64,000 nt of DNA, taken from contig JBDOQK010000037.1 in NCBI GenBank assembly GCA_040437565.1, positions 186,001 to 250,000 on the forward strand, in the 5' to 3' direction. This document shows positions 10,900 to 25,207 of the stretch, in pieces; the stretch's first letter is position 1, and each line of letters opens with the position of its first letter. Below the pieces are notes generated by a model that saw nothing but the letters and a program-made list of their open reading frames with translations, was not told where the DNA came from and did no database searches. Origin of the DNA: Albugo candida. Its lineage: Eukaryota. A program made the translations under genes and the position numbers.

Positions 10900-13800
10900 A
10901 GGTCTCTCCGTTATCCACGTTAACTCCTGGTGAAGATTACAGGGGTTGGACATCTTCTTTATGATTCGATCTTTCGCCTTCGATTTGCAATACTGACGCA
11001 CAAGCGCAGGCACATCCTCCGTTAGCTTTACTACAAACAAGCTCTCACGTTTCTTCCGCGTTTGACAACACTCTCCATTTGCTCAGTGCAATGTCGGTTT
11101 GTGAATTCGGTGAGCTTTTATTCGCTCATGACATGGCCCTCGCTGTTGTGAGCAATCACCTTCAACAAATTTCCAGTAAAATTCAGGTCGCTTTCAGCAT
11201 GAAATTCCAGATGGGACAGATGTACCTTACCTGTATCTTGTGTGACCAGATTTCGGATCTCGAAAACCCAGTCAGAGATTGCCCAGGTTACTTGGGCTGA
11301 TGCATTCGATTTCGTCGAGTTTGTTATGGGTCTCCACCGACACGTCGTTCTCCAAAATCAAACTCTTACTTGTTTCGTCCTTTGCTTATTTGCCATGTCC
11401 ACTCTATTCTTTTCTCTCGATTTGTTTCAAGATACCGACCTTCGCCTGTGTAGTGCATCCAAACTCCCCTTCGTATTATTACGTGGTCATTTTTCATATT
11501 CCTTATCTCGTGGAGAGCTGTCGCCGTTCCAAGTCTGTAGAATCCTAGCTTTTTCTATCGAAAGGTTGCATCGGAGGCAACCCAGTCACAGCTTCTAATT
11601 GGACTTTCATCATCAAGTGACGTGAATGGTGCTATATTAAAAATAAGTTGTGTCGAAATGGTGATTTTGTCCCACTTGTCTAGTTGCATCCTCCATTCGC
11701 TCAGCATTGATCTTGTACATTTCAGGACCTCTTTGTTCGCTCTTTCAACCTTACCATATGCCTACGGGCATCGCGGCGTGGTGAAGTGTACTGTCCCCAG
11801 TATTCTTTGCAACTCACGGAAGAGGTCCGTCTTGAAGTAGGTAACTTGGTCTGGAACCCATGTGTGACATACACCTAAATTTTTCAACCATTTCATCAAA
11901 CAATCTGCGGCTATCATTGAGTCTGCTGACGTTGTTGGCATTAACGTACTCGGGAGTATCGTTCATCAGATACAAATAGCCGAAATGTATTATCTCATGG
12001 AGTCTGATCCCACGAAAAGCTTCTCCCAGCGGTCTCTACACATGGTTTGGCTCAGTACTCGAGCAATGCAAGCACGTTTTCCATAAAAGCATTGATGTAT
12101 TTCTTCATGTTGGTCGACCAGACATACTCCACAACTGTAATGGGCTACCGCACAATCGAATGCACAAACCAGTCGCTCTTGAGGAAAGGTACATACGTGA
12201 TGTCCCTTTTCCAACATAGGCCATCCTTCTCCTTATAAGATGTGAGCTTTGATGGTGAGATTTGATGTTGAATCTCTTTGGTCTCTTTCTGAGTCGACCA
12301 TTATATATCAACATCGAGCATTCGGGAGATAATCGGGTCAGACTGTACAATTGCACAAATTGAAGCACGTGTTGCTCACCAACCGGATAATAAAGCTTCC
12401 CAGACATTTGTTGCCCCAGCAATATCGTTAGTGCGGTACTTCAATCCCATTGGAATATGTAGCGTAGCGCTGTAATGTGGCAATGTAGACCACATGAGGA
12501 TCGAAAATGAACTTTAGACTGCGGTGAACCGTATAGGGATGAAAGCCTTGTTGTATGTGCAATAGATAACCAGCACGCTTGCACGCCTCGACAACAGTGG
12601 TGCGATGTTTTTTGTGAGCCTGCGAAGGTTCCACTAGAAACATGAGAGGCTGATGTTCCATGCCCGCAAGTGAGCGCATTCTTTGATCCACTGGTATTTG
12701 TGTGGCAATGTGGCTTCTTAGAAGTGGAAAAGACAGTGATTTTCTTTGTCAGGCCATCCGATCTCGATGGGACGATTCTTCCTCCGGTGCGACCATCAGC
12801 TGCAATCACAATCTATTCCATCGGAGCTAGCAGCGGCGGGATAACTTCAGCATAGCCGGGTACAGAGTTTCGCATCCGATTTGCTTCGCAGATCAATTGC
12901 TTCAATTCATGGATCGGCAAGTTCAATCAAAGCTTGTATTCTCTCAAGATTGTGTCGAAAGCCGTCAACTGAAACAAACTTTCCACATCAAAGCATATCG
13001 TGCTTCCAAGATTAAGGCTTCCTTATCCGACTGCGTGTCTTTAAGTAAGTCATCAATCTATACGAGGAGGCCCCTGTACAACGATTGTTCAAACAGGTGC
13101 TGTACCGAACCGAAATTCGGTAATGCGCAACACTATCGCTGCCGCTCATCAACACTTGTGTAGATGTGTATTTCACCACCCATCGAAATAGATAATATTC
13201 TTGCGATTCGGTTGTGAGAGGGAATTGCCAGTATCCCGTGAAAAAATACAGCGATAAAAGCACTTGGAGCCGTGAAAGTACTCATTAACGACTTTGATAA
13301 TGGGCATTGGCCATAACAAATGCTCAGTACGTTCGTTGACTTGCATCACATCGACTGTCATTCGGTGCTGATTCACTTCAAAACTTTTGAATGCCAGAGA
13401 TGATGGAATCAGCGGAGCTTTAACTTTATAATCAAGACCAGCTGCTTTCAGTTCTTTGACGTGATGCTTGAGAAAATCGCTTTGTTCGTTAAATAGTGTC
13501 GTGCTTTGCACTTTGCGGGTGTCGCATTGCTTTTCAGCCAAAGCTCGAGAGCAGGACTTCCACCGGTATGCCCGAAATGAGATGTAGACGACAACAATGG
13601 CTCATATCAACTAACATGGACTGCAATTTTTCCGCACTTCTTGTGGTCATCGATCGCCTCTTCGATTTTGCATTCTAGAACTTGTTTAACTTGTTCCCAA
13701 TTGGCGTGTTCTTGGTCAGCATTAAGTGTTTCACTACCAGGAATACGGTCAAAATCGGCTTCGTCGTGATTTTGCACGGAGTTTAATACAGATGGCCTGT

Positions 13801-14860
13801 ACACATGGGATTCGGCTCCCTTGTCTGCTTCATGGACGAAAATCGTTTCTTCGTATGATGTCGTGTGCTCGTATCTGTTCTAAAAATCGAGGACAGGATT
13901 GATTTTCTGAACTTGGCGTAGGAGTTCATCCGGTGTATCGTCCAATGTCGTCATCACATCCTGACCCAGCAGCGAATCTCCTAGGCCATTAGGAAGGTCT
14001 GACGGAAGAAAATACAGCAGGACACCTTCAAGGAGAGCCCGAAGCTACTTGTGTCAGAAATTGGTGCATTTCGACGTATCCTTGAACCGGCGTGATATCA
14101 TCAACAGGCTTTTCAGAGTCATACATGTAACGTTGCGCTTATGCGAACTCTTCCAACTTTTCATATGGTTGTCAAATAGCTTTGAAGCTTGATCGTTCTT
14201 GACGTCAGAAAAACTGGAGTCGCACGACAGGCAAGCTGGTTTGAGCTTGGTTCCTGAATAAACAGTATCACCCCGAGTACCTATTCGTTCTTGCCGAGGG
14301 GAGTCGAATCTTTCCGATGATTTTTGGATATCGAATGCTCGTTTTTGGTGGTACTTTACCGCCCAACTTCACGTAGAAAGAGACTTTTGTCGATCATTCC
14401 AACCTGTAGTATCGGTCCTCCGTACCTTTGGAAGGACATAGCATGCTCCTTAACAATCCCAAGCAAGCAGTGGATATAATCTGTAGGTCTCATTCCCCTG
14501 CAGCTTGTTTCACTTTTGATCGTTTCCTTAAACAAAGCGGGACGAAGAAAGGCTATGTAATACTTCACATATGCTTTTGGCTCTTCTTGATCAAATTTTT
14601 CCATGTTTTAGTTGCCGAGGATGTTTATAAAGTCTTGGACCAGTGTGATACTTTAGATCCCCATTCGTATTCGGCTTCATTTAATATTTTTTCATTGTCT
14701 AGTTCAACGCTGCGATTCTTGTCATGTCGCAGTTCTTCGCCTCCAAAAAAATCTGTAGCCGTCGTTCCTCGAGAATTACTGAATGATCACATTGCGATTC
14801 GTGGCGTAGATGGTTACTCTTGTCTTATGCTCGATACAGAAACCCACTGGCATCCTACAA
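10900..14860 (-). mobile_element. Degenerate Ty3/Gypsy (chromovirus-type) LTR retrotransposon internal region
   Basis: Gag (FDQEEPKAYVKYYIAFLRPALFK), RT (RMTVD..VN..WPMP; GYWQFPL; YTSTQVLMSGSDSVA; LYRGLLV*IDDLL), RNase H (HQPLMFL, VEACKR), integrase (GKVERANKEVL..RSMLSEW), IAHNSEGH and chromodomain (KWR..EDVPALVRQY); many stops and frameshifts; LTRs not found. Confidence 0.85.
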
Positions 14861-14882
14861 GCACTGTTACTAAGCCTCCTTA

Positions 14883-15503
14883 AGGAGCAGAAGAGAACCA
14901 TCGCGCCTATTATGCATTTGCCTCGCTCTTCTCTAGCTGAAACACTTAGAAACGGATTCAAGTGCATACGCAAGGGCATTAGCCGCAGCGAGAATTTTCG
15001 ATAACGCAAATGCAGACAGATTGAAGGAAAATCACGGTTGTCACCTCAAAGGGTTTCTCGGTAAATTGCAGTTCGTGGTATATCTGTCCCACCCGGCTTC
15101 CGTCGAACCTTCCCTGCGGTGTGACCAAGGATGTCATTTCTCATTTCCTCGTGTTTCCTTCAAAAAACCCCAATCTGGTCCGACTACTGATCCGCGCTCT
15201 TTGCTGCACTTCTGATTCGAAGTGAGCTATTTTTCGCTCTTGGTTCAAGCCCTTTTCATGAGAATCCGAGAGCCAGTGATGTTGATCATCCATCCTTATG
15301 TTTGGAGTGACTGAAATCTGGTACTGCTCCGCTAGTAACTCTACAGTTTTCCTTCAATCTGTATGCACTTGCGTTATCGGAAACTTTCGCTGCGTCTACT
15401 GCCCTTGCGTATGCACTTGAGTCTATTTTGGGGTCGCATAAGGCTTTCAGCTAGCGAAGAGTGAGACAAATGCTAGGCGGCGCGATGATTCTCTTCTGCT
15501 CCT
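14883..15503. repeat. Diverged inverted repeat (arms about 14883-15031 and 15347-15503)
   Basis: Reverse complement of arm 1 aligns with arm 2 (TTTTCCTTCAATCTGT...GCCCTTGCGTATGCACTTGA...TTCTCTTCTGCTCCT). Confidence 0.85.
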
Positions 15504-16052
15504 CAACACTCGATACGGTGAACTTGGTCAATTCTTTTCGTTATCAATAGAAATTCGTCTATTGCCCGAAATTTTAGCTTCAATTATTTCTGAAGTGCTA
15601 AAGGATTCACCAGTTCTGCTAAGTACATTACGCTGAGTAACCGCCCGAGTAAGCAACGATAAGCCAGCTTCAATAGGCTATAGCTCAAGTGGACGTACCA
15701 TCCACTACGCTTACTTCGCGTAGCCAGGATTTGGATAAGGCCACCATACAGCAGCCTCTGAATCAGGGCAGAGATGTTATTACAATTTATATCTATCATC
15801 TGAGTATGCGTATTGCCCGTTATACGGCCACTTTCGCCTGTCTTGTATATAAATACTTGCATAAAAATCGTTCTAGAAGACCCACAAAATATTGTACAAG
15901 AGCTGGTACTATAGAACCAAATATTAGAGCCATGATGTGACGGAGTTGATGCTGAATGACAAATTTCAAGGTCTCAAAATACTAGAAATTATTTCCACGC
16001 CAGTTTCGTGACCTCGAGGGCCAGATTGTAGGCTACTTTTCCTGTGCAATAA

Positions 16053-19000
16053 TCAATCAATTCGCTGAGTAATACGTTGGACTTCATTTGAAAGCGACTG
16101 GGGAAGTTCCCTTTCCGATAGTACAATACTGACTGCTTTGACAAGCAACAAGTTATCCGCTTCAGTTCGTACGAGCTGGTTCTTGAGATTCAGGATTTCA
16201 GCATGAAGTATACTTGAGCGATGTTCCCACTTTTCTTCCATATCGTCCTGGGAGCGAGAAGACAAATGCATCATTTTCTCTCTAGAAGCTTGCAAACCCT
16301 GAAGCTGTCTGTCTTTAGACTGCAACACTGCTTGCTGCTCGTGTAACTTCTCCTTCAACATTTTGATTTTCGTATACAGAGACTCAATAACTCTGTCAAG
16401 CTTGGAATTCTGTTCTTTTAGCTGTGCGTTTGGCGCTGTGCTTTCTTCAAATACTTGTTGTTGCCGCTGTTGCTGCTTCTTCATAGCCTCATATCTCAGT
16501 TTGATATCCCGGGTTTTCTTCTCCATGGTTAGGTAGTGCTTTGGCCAGCGCTTTTGCATCTAGACGACGAGGCTATTATTCTGTTTTTTCTAGGTCAAAC
16601 GTGTACCTGGAAAAGCCTGATAAGCTGTTCTGGCCGTCGAGCTCGTATTCCATCGGTCACATTGCGGAGTAAATCCTCTAAAACGCTTTCAACTACGATA
16701 GTTGTATCGAGAACAATCACAAACCTCTCATTCTATTTCATCCAGCTTACCATAAGAAGCACAAATGCGACCAAAGATTTGAGCCTCATAATCGGTGTTA
16801 CCGTGTGCTGTGGAGGCTTTTGTCCGAGCACTTGTGAACGGGTACACGATTTGCAAGACTCCGTAGATATTTCCTATGCACAAGATGAGTGACATCAGAT
16901 GTAATTGAGATAAATATTATCACCGTCAGGAGCCTGTAACGACATGGCTAGCATTGACAAGACTCCACCATGTTCCCTAAAACTCTCTCTGCCCATTTGG
17001 TATATAATTCAGCACGATAGATACGATATAAAAATCATTTTCTTCACCTTGATTCAATGTGCCCGAGACCAGACACAGCGTACTGATCAACAAGAGGGTG
17101 GTATCGCGAGTCTTTCGTCACGTCTTGGACGAAAATCGGCTCCAAGGACGCAACTGCCATACCTGCAATTCCAAATACACTTGGAATTTGTATGGTTCGT
17201 TTTGCATGGATATGCCACAATTGTTGTCGACATGGATCCAGCAGTAATAGGATACCAGCACCATGTGCAACGCACTGAGATATAGAAACTCGGACGGCGT
17301 CGAAGAATTCTTCCATTACCAAAGACTGGGAGAGTCGCTGAATCATTGATCGGACATTTCGAAGTGCATGGTGAGAGATCTGAACTCCATTTACTGAGAC
17401 GCTTTCCGATGTACTCGTGCTTGTCAATGATTTATGTGACGAAACGCGCCATTTCCACAGGAAGAGGCGTAAAGCCATTTTGACATTACGCTTCTGGAAA
17501 TTATTCCACAGCGTAAAAAGCCGCAAACGGCTTGCTTTAGATGTTAGTTGCTCACATAACTTGGCATTGATTTTCTGGAGTTTTGCCACTTCTTCGGCTG
17601 CTTTGATATTTTTCTTCCAAATAAAAAGAACTGATTCAACGCGTTGCATCCGTCGTTCCCAATTCCGACGTACAAAGAGCGAGAGGAGTTGTTGGCACCG
17701 ACGACGCTGAGAATGCCACAATCTCCAATCCATCCACGCAGTTTGCATGATCTTTCGATTGTGTTGACGTATTTTCGCTACAATAACGTGACATGAATTC
17801 GTGTACTTTATCCAAGAAAACCAAGTCTGCTTAGTGAGTCTCCCTCGTCTTTGTCGATGTATACAATTGAGTTTGATTCTAGCTTGTCTTGATAGCTTCA
17901 CTTGATACTTCCAGTTACTCCAAGCTAACTTAAGATCTCGAATACAAGCAGATCTACGACAGGAGCGATACTTTATCTGTACTTTTATCAATTTTGCTTG
18001 TAGCTCTTGCTCAATTTGAAGTTTTTCCGACTTCAAATCTCTCAGGCTTTGCGATTGCATTATCAGCTGAGGATGCATCAATTGAATCGCATTTTTCGCC
18101 TCTTCTATCTGCTCTTGATTTTTTTTGTTAGAAATCAGTAACTCACTGTTTTTAGCGATCCAGGATCTTTTGTGAGCGCAATGTATCTCTTTCTGCCATT
18201 TGGTAAATGCAGAGTGCATGTAGCGAAGATGTCGGAGGCGGATAATGTGGCGCGATTGAGCATATTGTTCTCGTAGTCGTATCGTGCTGTTTTGCCACAG
18301 CTTCCAGCTGATCTTCATCTCTGTTTTCTGCTTTTTCATCAAAATTAACTGCAATCGTTTCTTCCGAGCTTTTTGTACACAAATGACCGATTTCCAGGAA
18401 TGAAAAGCTGATTGCTTAAAAGATTTACTATGCTTTTGATTTCGAAAATGCAAATATCTGACGAGAAGAGAGTGCTTCCAACAAACCATTGCTTTCCAAC
18501 AAAGAAAAACTCGCCTTTTCTGTCGATTTTTTCGTTCCCGTTTCCAATAAATGAGACGATACCAAGCTTCATTCTTCTCTTCGTTGCTTGAGGTTCTCCA
18601 GCGTCGAAGACAAATTCTCATTCTTTGCCGATCGATCTTTTTTATTGTGCATCGATCAATTCGACCCAGTCTTCCTCGCTGCTTCCAGCGTTGTAAGTAG
18701 GCTGCAGCTGCTTGTGATCGACGCCATTCCAAAATTTTCGTACATCTTTCAAGTTTTTTCGAGGTGACCCAACGTGTCTTCCACGATGTAAAGACAATGA
18801 GAAGAGACTTTTGCATTCGTGAATGGATGTGCTGACTGACGCGAAATCGATCGAATTTATTTTCATCGTATGCAACAAAATGCCACCGCCAGAGAATTGT
18901 TTGCTGCAATCTATAAAAATTATGAGCTTTTTGGATTTTTCGTACGAGTAGGGTCATCTTTTCTTCTTTCTGCGATTCCATCTTCATTCGTTCGATCTCT

Positions 19001-22000
19001 TCTGCTGTTTGGTCTACTTTCATGCTCAGATTTTGAGCATTTATGCCTCTGTCGACCCATTCTTGATGCTTTATCCGTACGATTACTTGATACCAATGCT
19101 TGAATCCCATTGATTTCCACCGATGGATAAAATAGCGCTTCCAAAATGCTCTCATCCACAACGTCGTATGATTCGACCGTATCCACTTCAAGAAAGCCTG
19201 TAAAAGCATTTCACGTCGCTTTTTCTCGATAATTTGACGTAAAGTATCGCTCCGTTTTCGATGAATTTGCGTATTGGCCTGCCACTTCTGAAAAGCAATC
19301 AGTAAAAGCTCTGCTCGATGTCTGTCAAGGATACCAAGTCGAAAGGTTTCACGCTGTTTATCTCGGTCTCGAAGACGCTCCAGCCTTTGATCGTGGTCAT
19401 AGACATCCTTCCAACGAATGAGCCCATTACGGAGAATTCGATTTTTACAATGGTGGAAGAAGCGCGTGGTGCGACAGATTCTCGCATACTCCTTCCATTT
19501 TCTCCAACATCCACTCTTTCTTTGAGCTATTGCGTTTTGTGTATGTCGCCTTACAAAATGACTCTGTCGCGCTACCTGATGCCACTTTTGGATGATGGTT
19601 CGATAAATCAATTCAGAGAAAACGTGTGTGAGCCTATGCCTAATCGCATGATGTCGATTTTTCGATTTATATGAGGTATCACGCCAGTATATGATACATC
19701 TCCTAGTCCTCCTGTCTAGAATAGTCTTGCGATGCTCATCGAGGCATTTCTGCCGGGATTTACGACGATTTAACCATTTAGACCACTTTGTGTACACATA
19801 TCTCGAGAGCTGGACGTTTTGATGACGCTTACCCAAGAAATAAAGTCCATTTTGAAGAAGACTTTGACGATGCTCAAAGACACTCAGTTTGGATACAGCT
19901 CCGTTCATACGATGTTGCAGAGATGCAATTTGTGCAGAAGATGACTCTATCGTATCTTGGAGTTTTTTTTCTTTTGCCAATAACTCGTCCGCATGCAATT
20001 TCCGAATCATTGCCATATTCTGCAGCTGTACTTGACGTGATAAGATGTTCCATGATCTTTGCAGCAATATATAGTACACATGCGTCAAGGCTCGTCGAAG
20101 AAGCATTTTTTGAGATCGATTCAGTGTGATGAATTTTTGCCATCCGTACCATAGCTTTCTGAGAATTCGAAATCGCTGTCGAGTGTGTTGTTGCGTCTGA
20201 AAGCGCTTCAAAAGGCGAGATGATTGAATCTTTCGTTTCCAAATAAGGAAAAAGCGATCTAATTTTCCTGCGTCTCGTCCGGCGTTTGGTAAGAAGCGCT
20301 TTACCGATTCCTCAGCTCCATCTGTATTCCTTAGATAGAAGACCACTCGTTTCCATTTCATGAATAAGCGATGATGTGCGTATTTCGTTAGGTTTTGAGC
20401 TGCAGAATTGGTCGTAAACCGCTTTGATTGTTTATGTGTTAATGACGCTCGCCAGATGCCCCAAAAATTTTCATAAATTTTGCGCTGTGAACGTAATACT
20501 ACAGATCCGATCAATCGCTTACGGCGACGTTCATTGATGCTCCATTCTCTCCACAAAGAAAAATGGGTGCCAGTTTGGATCTTGCGGCTTTTGTCGTCTA
20601 ATTTGCGTATGAATAACGCAGAAATGACTCGAAAGCGCACAAAACGATGCCAGTAAACTACTGCGTCTCGTACGTGAATCGTAGTACGTTTCTCAACCAA
20701 TTGCTCAGTGTTTCTTCGTATTCTTAGAGTGTATTTTGCCGATTCAAGCCATGATAAAAACAATCTAGTTAGTTTTTTCAGACGATATTTCTCGCAGACA
20801 AAGTTTGCGAGACGGCTATGAAGAAGATGAAGTTTGTATGCACATGCTTGGTGCTCATTTTGCTGAATTTGGAGCTCGTTTAAGTATTTAGAATCTAGAA
20901 TACTCGACTCCGCTTTCACCGTTTCCATGTTTTTTTGTACTTGCTTAAGATCTGCCTCTAGTGTACTCGACAGCGATTTCTGTCTGATCAGAGCCTTTTT
21001 TACTTGACGAAGTGAATGGACTTGCCAATTTCGAACCGCCATTGTTTTGTATCGATGTAATGTTCTGGATTCTAGCGCTTCCATACCAAATCTGTTCTTC
21101 CTCTTACAAAATATTACGTTCTTCCAAGAAGAAAAAAAAATATTCTGTGTTGAGCGGCTTCTTTTCTTCAGCACTACCTCAGTGTTTATTTGATGTCGTA
21201 ATTTCACAGCACAAAATTCTCTCCAGTTTTGATAATACTCATTCAGTTGCTGAATTTGAGCTTTTTTGGTGAGTAATTGCTCAATTCGATTTTGAAATCT
21301 GACATCTTTATCTTGTAGCTTTTTTTTCGTTACCCAGTGATCGTTCTGAGACTTCCATCGTCTCCAAGCGTTGGCAAGTAATCGCATCATCAATGATCGA
21401 AGTGCCGAGAACAAGAGCCTTCCCTTGTCGTGAAGGTGCTGTTGTTCCAAAGCTCCTAATTTTTTCCTATAGTCAAGCTGCTGGTTCTCCAGAGACTTAT
21501 TGTAATCCCGAATTTCTTCATATTGAGATAATAGCTCATCCTTCTCATGCTGTGCCTTATCCAGTGTCGTTTGCATAGCCCGAAGCGATACTGAGACACG
21601 CTTTTCTTCAAGTGGGTTGATCGCAAATTTCGCATCGTATTTTGCCACCTGTTGCATATATAATCGTTTATATTCTGCCAATTGTAACTGCAGATCATCA
21701 CATTTGGCTCGCAAATGCGTTTCCGGATGCTTATGTTCCAATTCTTGGCTTGTAGCTTTTGCTTCAGGCTGCAGGCCTTGTTTGGCGTTCAGGACCTTTT
21801 GCTTCAGAATATCAATCTCTTGATTCATTAAGGTAACCTTTTTTCGAAGAGATTCATTGTCAGCCTGTGCTTGGCTGTACGCATCATAAAGAGAATTCAC
21901 ACACAACGCTGAGCTCCAGGTCGCATGGAGACATTGGGAGGAAGTTTCTGTTGTCCTTTTGTATGCATCGATGCTTGCTGTGCGCGTAGTTGCATTATTT

Positions 22001-25000
22001 TTTGAAAGCATCGAATTTGAATCGTAATCATACGGATCCATAGCCGCTTTAAATGCTGCGGCTGGCGATANNNNNNNNNNNNNNNNNNNNNNNNNNNNNN
22101 NNNNNNNNNNNNNNNNNNNNNNNNNNNNNNNNNNNNNNNNNNNNNNNNNNNNNNNNNNNNNNNNNNNNNNTGAGCATTTATGCCTCTGTCGACCCATTCT
22201 TGATGCTTTATCCGTACGATTACTTGATACCAATGCTTGAATCCCATTGATTTCCACCGATGGATAAAATAGCGCTTCCAAAATGCTCTCATCCACAACG
22301 TCGTATGATTCGACCGTATCCACTTCAAGAAAGCCTGTAAAAGCATTTCACGTCGCTTTTTCTCGATAATTTGACGTAAAGTATCGCTCCGTTTTCGATG
22401 AATTTGCGTATTGGCCTGCCACTTCTGAAAAGCAATCAGTAAAAGCTCTGCTCGATGTCTGTCAAGGATACCAAGTCGAAAGGTTTCACGCTGTTTATCT
22501 CGGTCTCGAAGACGCTCCAGCCTTTGATCGTGGTCATAGACATCCTTCCAACGAATGAGCCCATTACGGAGAATTCGATTTTTACAATGGTGGAAGAAGC
22601 GCGTGGTGCGACAGATTCTCGCATACTCCTTCCATTTTCTCCAACATCCACTCTTTCTTTGAGCTATTGCGTTTTGTGTATGTCGCCTTACAAAATGACT
22701 CTGTCGCGCTACCTGATGCCACTTTTGGATGATGGTTCGATAAATCAATTCAGAGAAAACGTGTGTGAGCCTATGCCTAATCGCATGATGTCGATTTTTC
22801 GATTTATATGAGGTATCACGCCAGTATATGATACATCTCCTAGTCCTCCTGTCTAGAATAGTCTTGCGATGCTCATCGAGGCATTTCTGCCGGGATTTAC
22901 GACGATTTAACCATTTAGACCACTTTGTGTACACATATCTCGAGAGCTGGACGTTTTGATGACGCTTACCCAAGAAATAAAGTCCATTTTGAAGAAGACT
23001 TTGACGATGCTCAAAGACACTCAGTTTGGATACAGCTCCGTTCATACGATGTTGCAGAGATGCAATTTGTGCAGAAGATGACTCTATCGTATCTTGGAGT
23101 TTTTTTTCTTTTGCCAATAACTCGTCCGCATGCAATTTCCGAATCATTGCCATATTCTGCAGCTGTACTTGACGTGATAAGATGTTCCATGATCTTTGCA
23201 GCAATATATAGTACACATGCGTCAAGGCTCGTCGAAGAAGCATTTTTTGAGATCGATTCAGTGTGATGAATTTTTGCCATCCGTACCATAGCTTTCTGAG
23301 AATTCGAAATCGCTGTCGAGTGTGTTGTTGCGTCTGAAAGCGCTTCAAAAGGCGAGATGATTGAATCTTTCGTTTCCAAATAAGGAAAAAGCGATCTAAT
23401 TTTCCTGCGTCTCGTCCGGCGTTTGGTAAGAAGCGCTTTACCGATTCCTCAGCTCCATCTGTATTCCTTAGATAGAAGACCACTCGTTTCCATTTCATGA
23501 ATAAGCGATGATGTGCGTATTTCGTTAGGTTTTGAGCTGCAGAATTGGTCGTAAACCGCTTTGATTGTTTATGTGTTAATGACGCTCGCCAGATGCCCCA
23601 AAAATTTTCATAAATTTTGCGCTGTGAACGTAATACTACAGATCCGATCAATCGCTTACGGCGACGTTCATTGATGCTCCATTCTCTCCACAAAGAAAAA
23701 TGGGTGCCAGTTTGGATCTTGCGGCTTTTGTCGTCTAATTTGCGTATGAATAACGCAGAAATGACTCGAAAGCGCACAAAACGATGCCAGTAAACTACTG
23801 CGTCTCGTACGTGAATCGTAGTACGTTTCTCAACCAATTGCTCAGTGTTTCTTCGTATTCTTAGAGTGTATTTTGCCGATTCAAGCCATGATAAAAACAA
23901 TCTAGTTAGTTTTTTCAGACGATATTTCTCGCAGACAAAGTTTGCGAGACGGCTATGAAGAAGATGAAGTTTGTATGCACATGCTTGGTGCTCATTTTGC
24001 TGAATTTGGAGCTCGTTTAAGTATTTAGAATCTAGAATACTCGACTCCGCTTTCACCGTTTCCATGTTTTTTTGTACTTGCTTAAGATCTGCCTCTAGTG
24101 TACTCGACAGCGATTTCTGTCTGATCAGAGCCTTTTTTACTTGACGAAGTGAATGGACTTGCCAATTTCGAACCGCCATTGTTTTGTATCGATGTAATGT
24201 TCTGGATTCTAGCGCTTCCATACCAAATCTGTTCTTCCTCTTACAAAATATTACGTTCTTCCAAGAAGAAAAAAAAATATTCTGTGTTGAGCGGCTTCTT
24301 TTCTTCAGCACTACCTCAGTGTTTATTTGATGTCGTAATTTCACAGCACAAAATTCTCTCCAGTTTTGATAATACTCATTCAGTTGCTGAATTTGAGCTT
24401 TTTTGGTGAGTAATTGCTCAATTCGATTTTGAAATCTGACATCTTTATCTTGTAGCTTTTTTTTCGTTACCCAGTGATCGTTCTGAGACTTCCATCGTCT
24501 CCAAGCGTTGGCAAGTAATCGCATCATCAATGATCGAAGTGCCGAGAACAAGAGCCTTCCCTTGTCGTGAAGGTGCTGTTGTTCCAAAGCTCCTAATTTT
24601 TTCCTATAGTCAAGCTGCTGGTTCTCCAGAGACTTATTGTAATCCCGAATTTCTTCATATTGAGATAATAGCTCATCCTTCTCATGCTGTGCCTTATCCA
24701 GTGTCGTTTGCATAGCCCGAAGCGATACTGAGACACGCTTTTCTTCAAGTGGGTTGATCGCAAATTTCGCATCGTATTTTGCCACCTGTTGCATATATAA
24801 TCGTTTATATTCTGCCAATTGTAACTGCAGATCATCACATTTGGCTCGCAAATGCGTTTCCGGATGCTTATGTTCCAATTCTTGGCTTGTAGCTTTTGCT
24901 TCAGGCTGCAGGCCTTGTTTGGCGTTCAGGACCTTTTGCTTCAGAATATCAATCTCTTGATTCATTAAGGTAACCTTTTTTCGAAGAGATTCATTGTCAG

Positions 25001-25178
25001 CCTGTGCTTGGCTGTACGCATCATAAAGAGAATTCACACACAACGCTGAGCTCCAGGTCGCATGGAGACATTGGGAGGAAGTTTCTGTTGTCCTTTTGTA
25101 TGCATCGATGCTTGCTGTGCGCGTAGTTGCATTATTTTTTGAAAGCATCGAATTTGAATCGTAATCATACGGATCCAT
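16053..25178 (-). CDS. Large Sfi1-like (Trp-repeat, centrin-binding type) protein with C-terminal GAF domain and coiled coils; collapsed locus 16053-22041, about 1900 aa
   Basis: Dozens of basic F/LxxW(K/R) repeats. GT-AG introns at 16989-17047 and 16874-16923 plus two more join the 17048+ exon to the 16053-16559 ORF in frame. The 5' 3 kb is duplicated across the gap. Confidence 0.7.
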
Positions 25179-25207
25179 AGCCGCTTTAAATGCTGCGGCT
25201 GGCGATA
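19034..25207. repeat. Identical 3037-bp duplicate flanking an N gap (probable assembly overlap)
   Basis: 19034-22070 = 22171-25207; the ORF track repeats at offset 3137. Confidence 0.92.

Noticed and set aside
10560..16000. LTRs of the Gypsy element
   Set aside because: No matching direct terminal repeats, PBS or clear PPT found by eye
21897..25178. Second tandem Sfi1-like paralogue
   Set aside because: Identical to 19034-22070 and truncated at the gap; same gene
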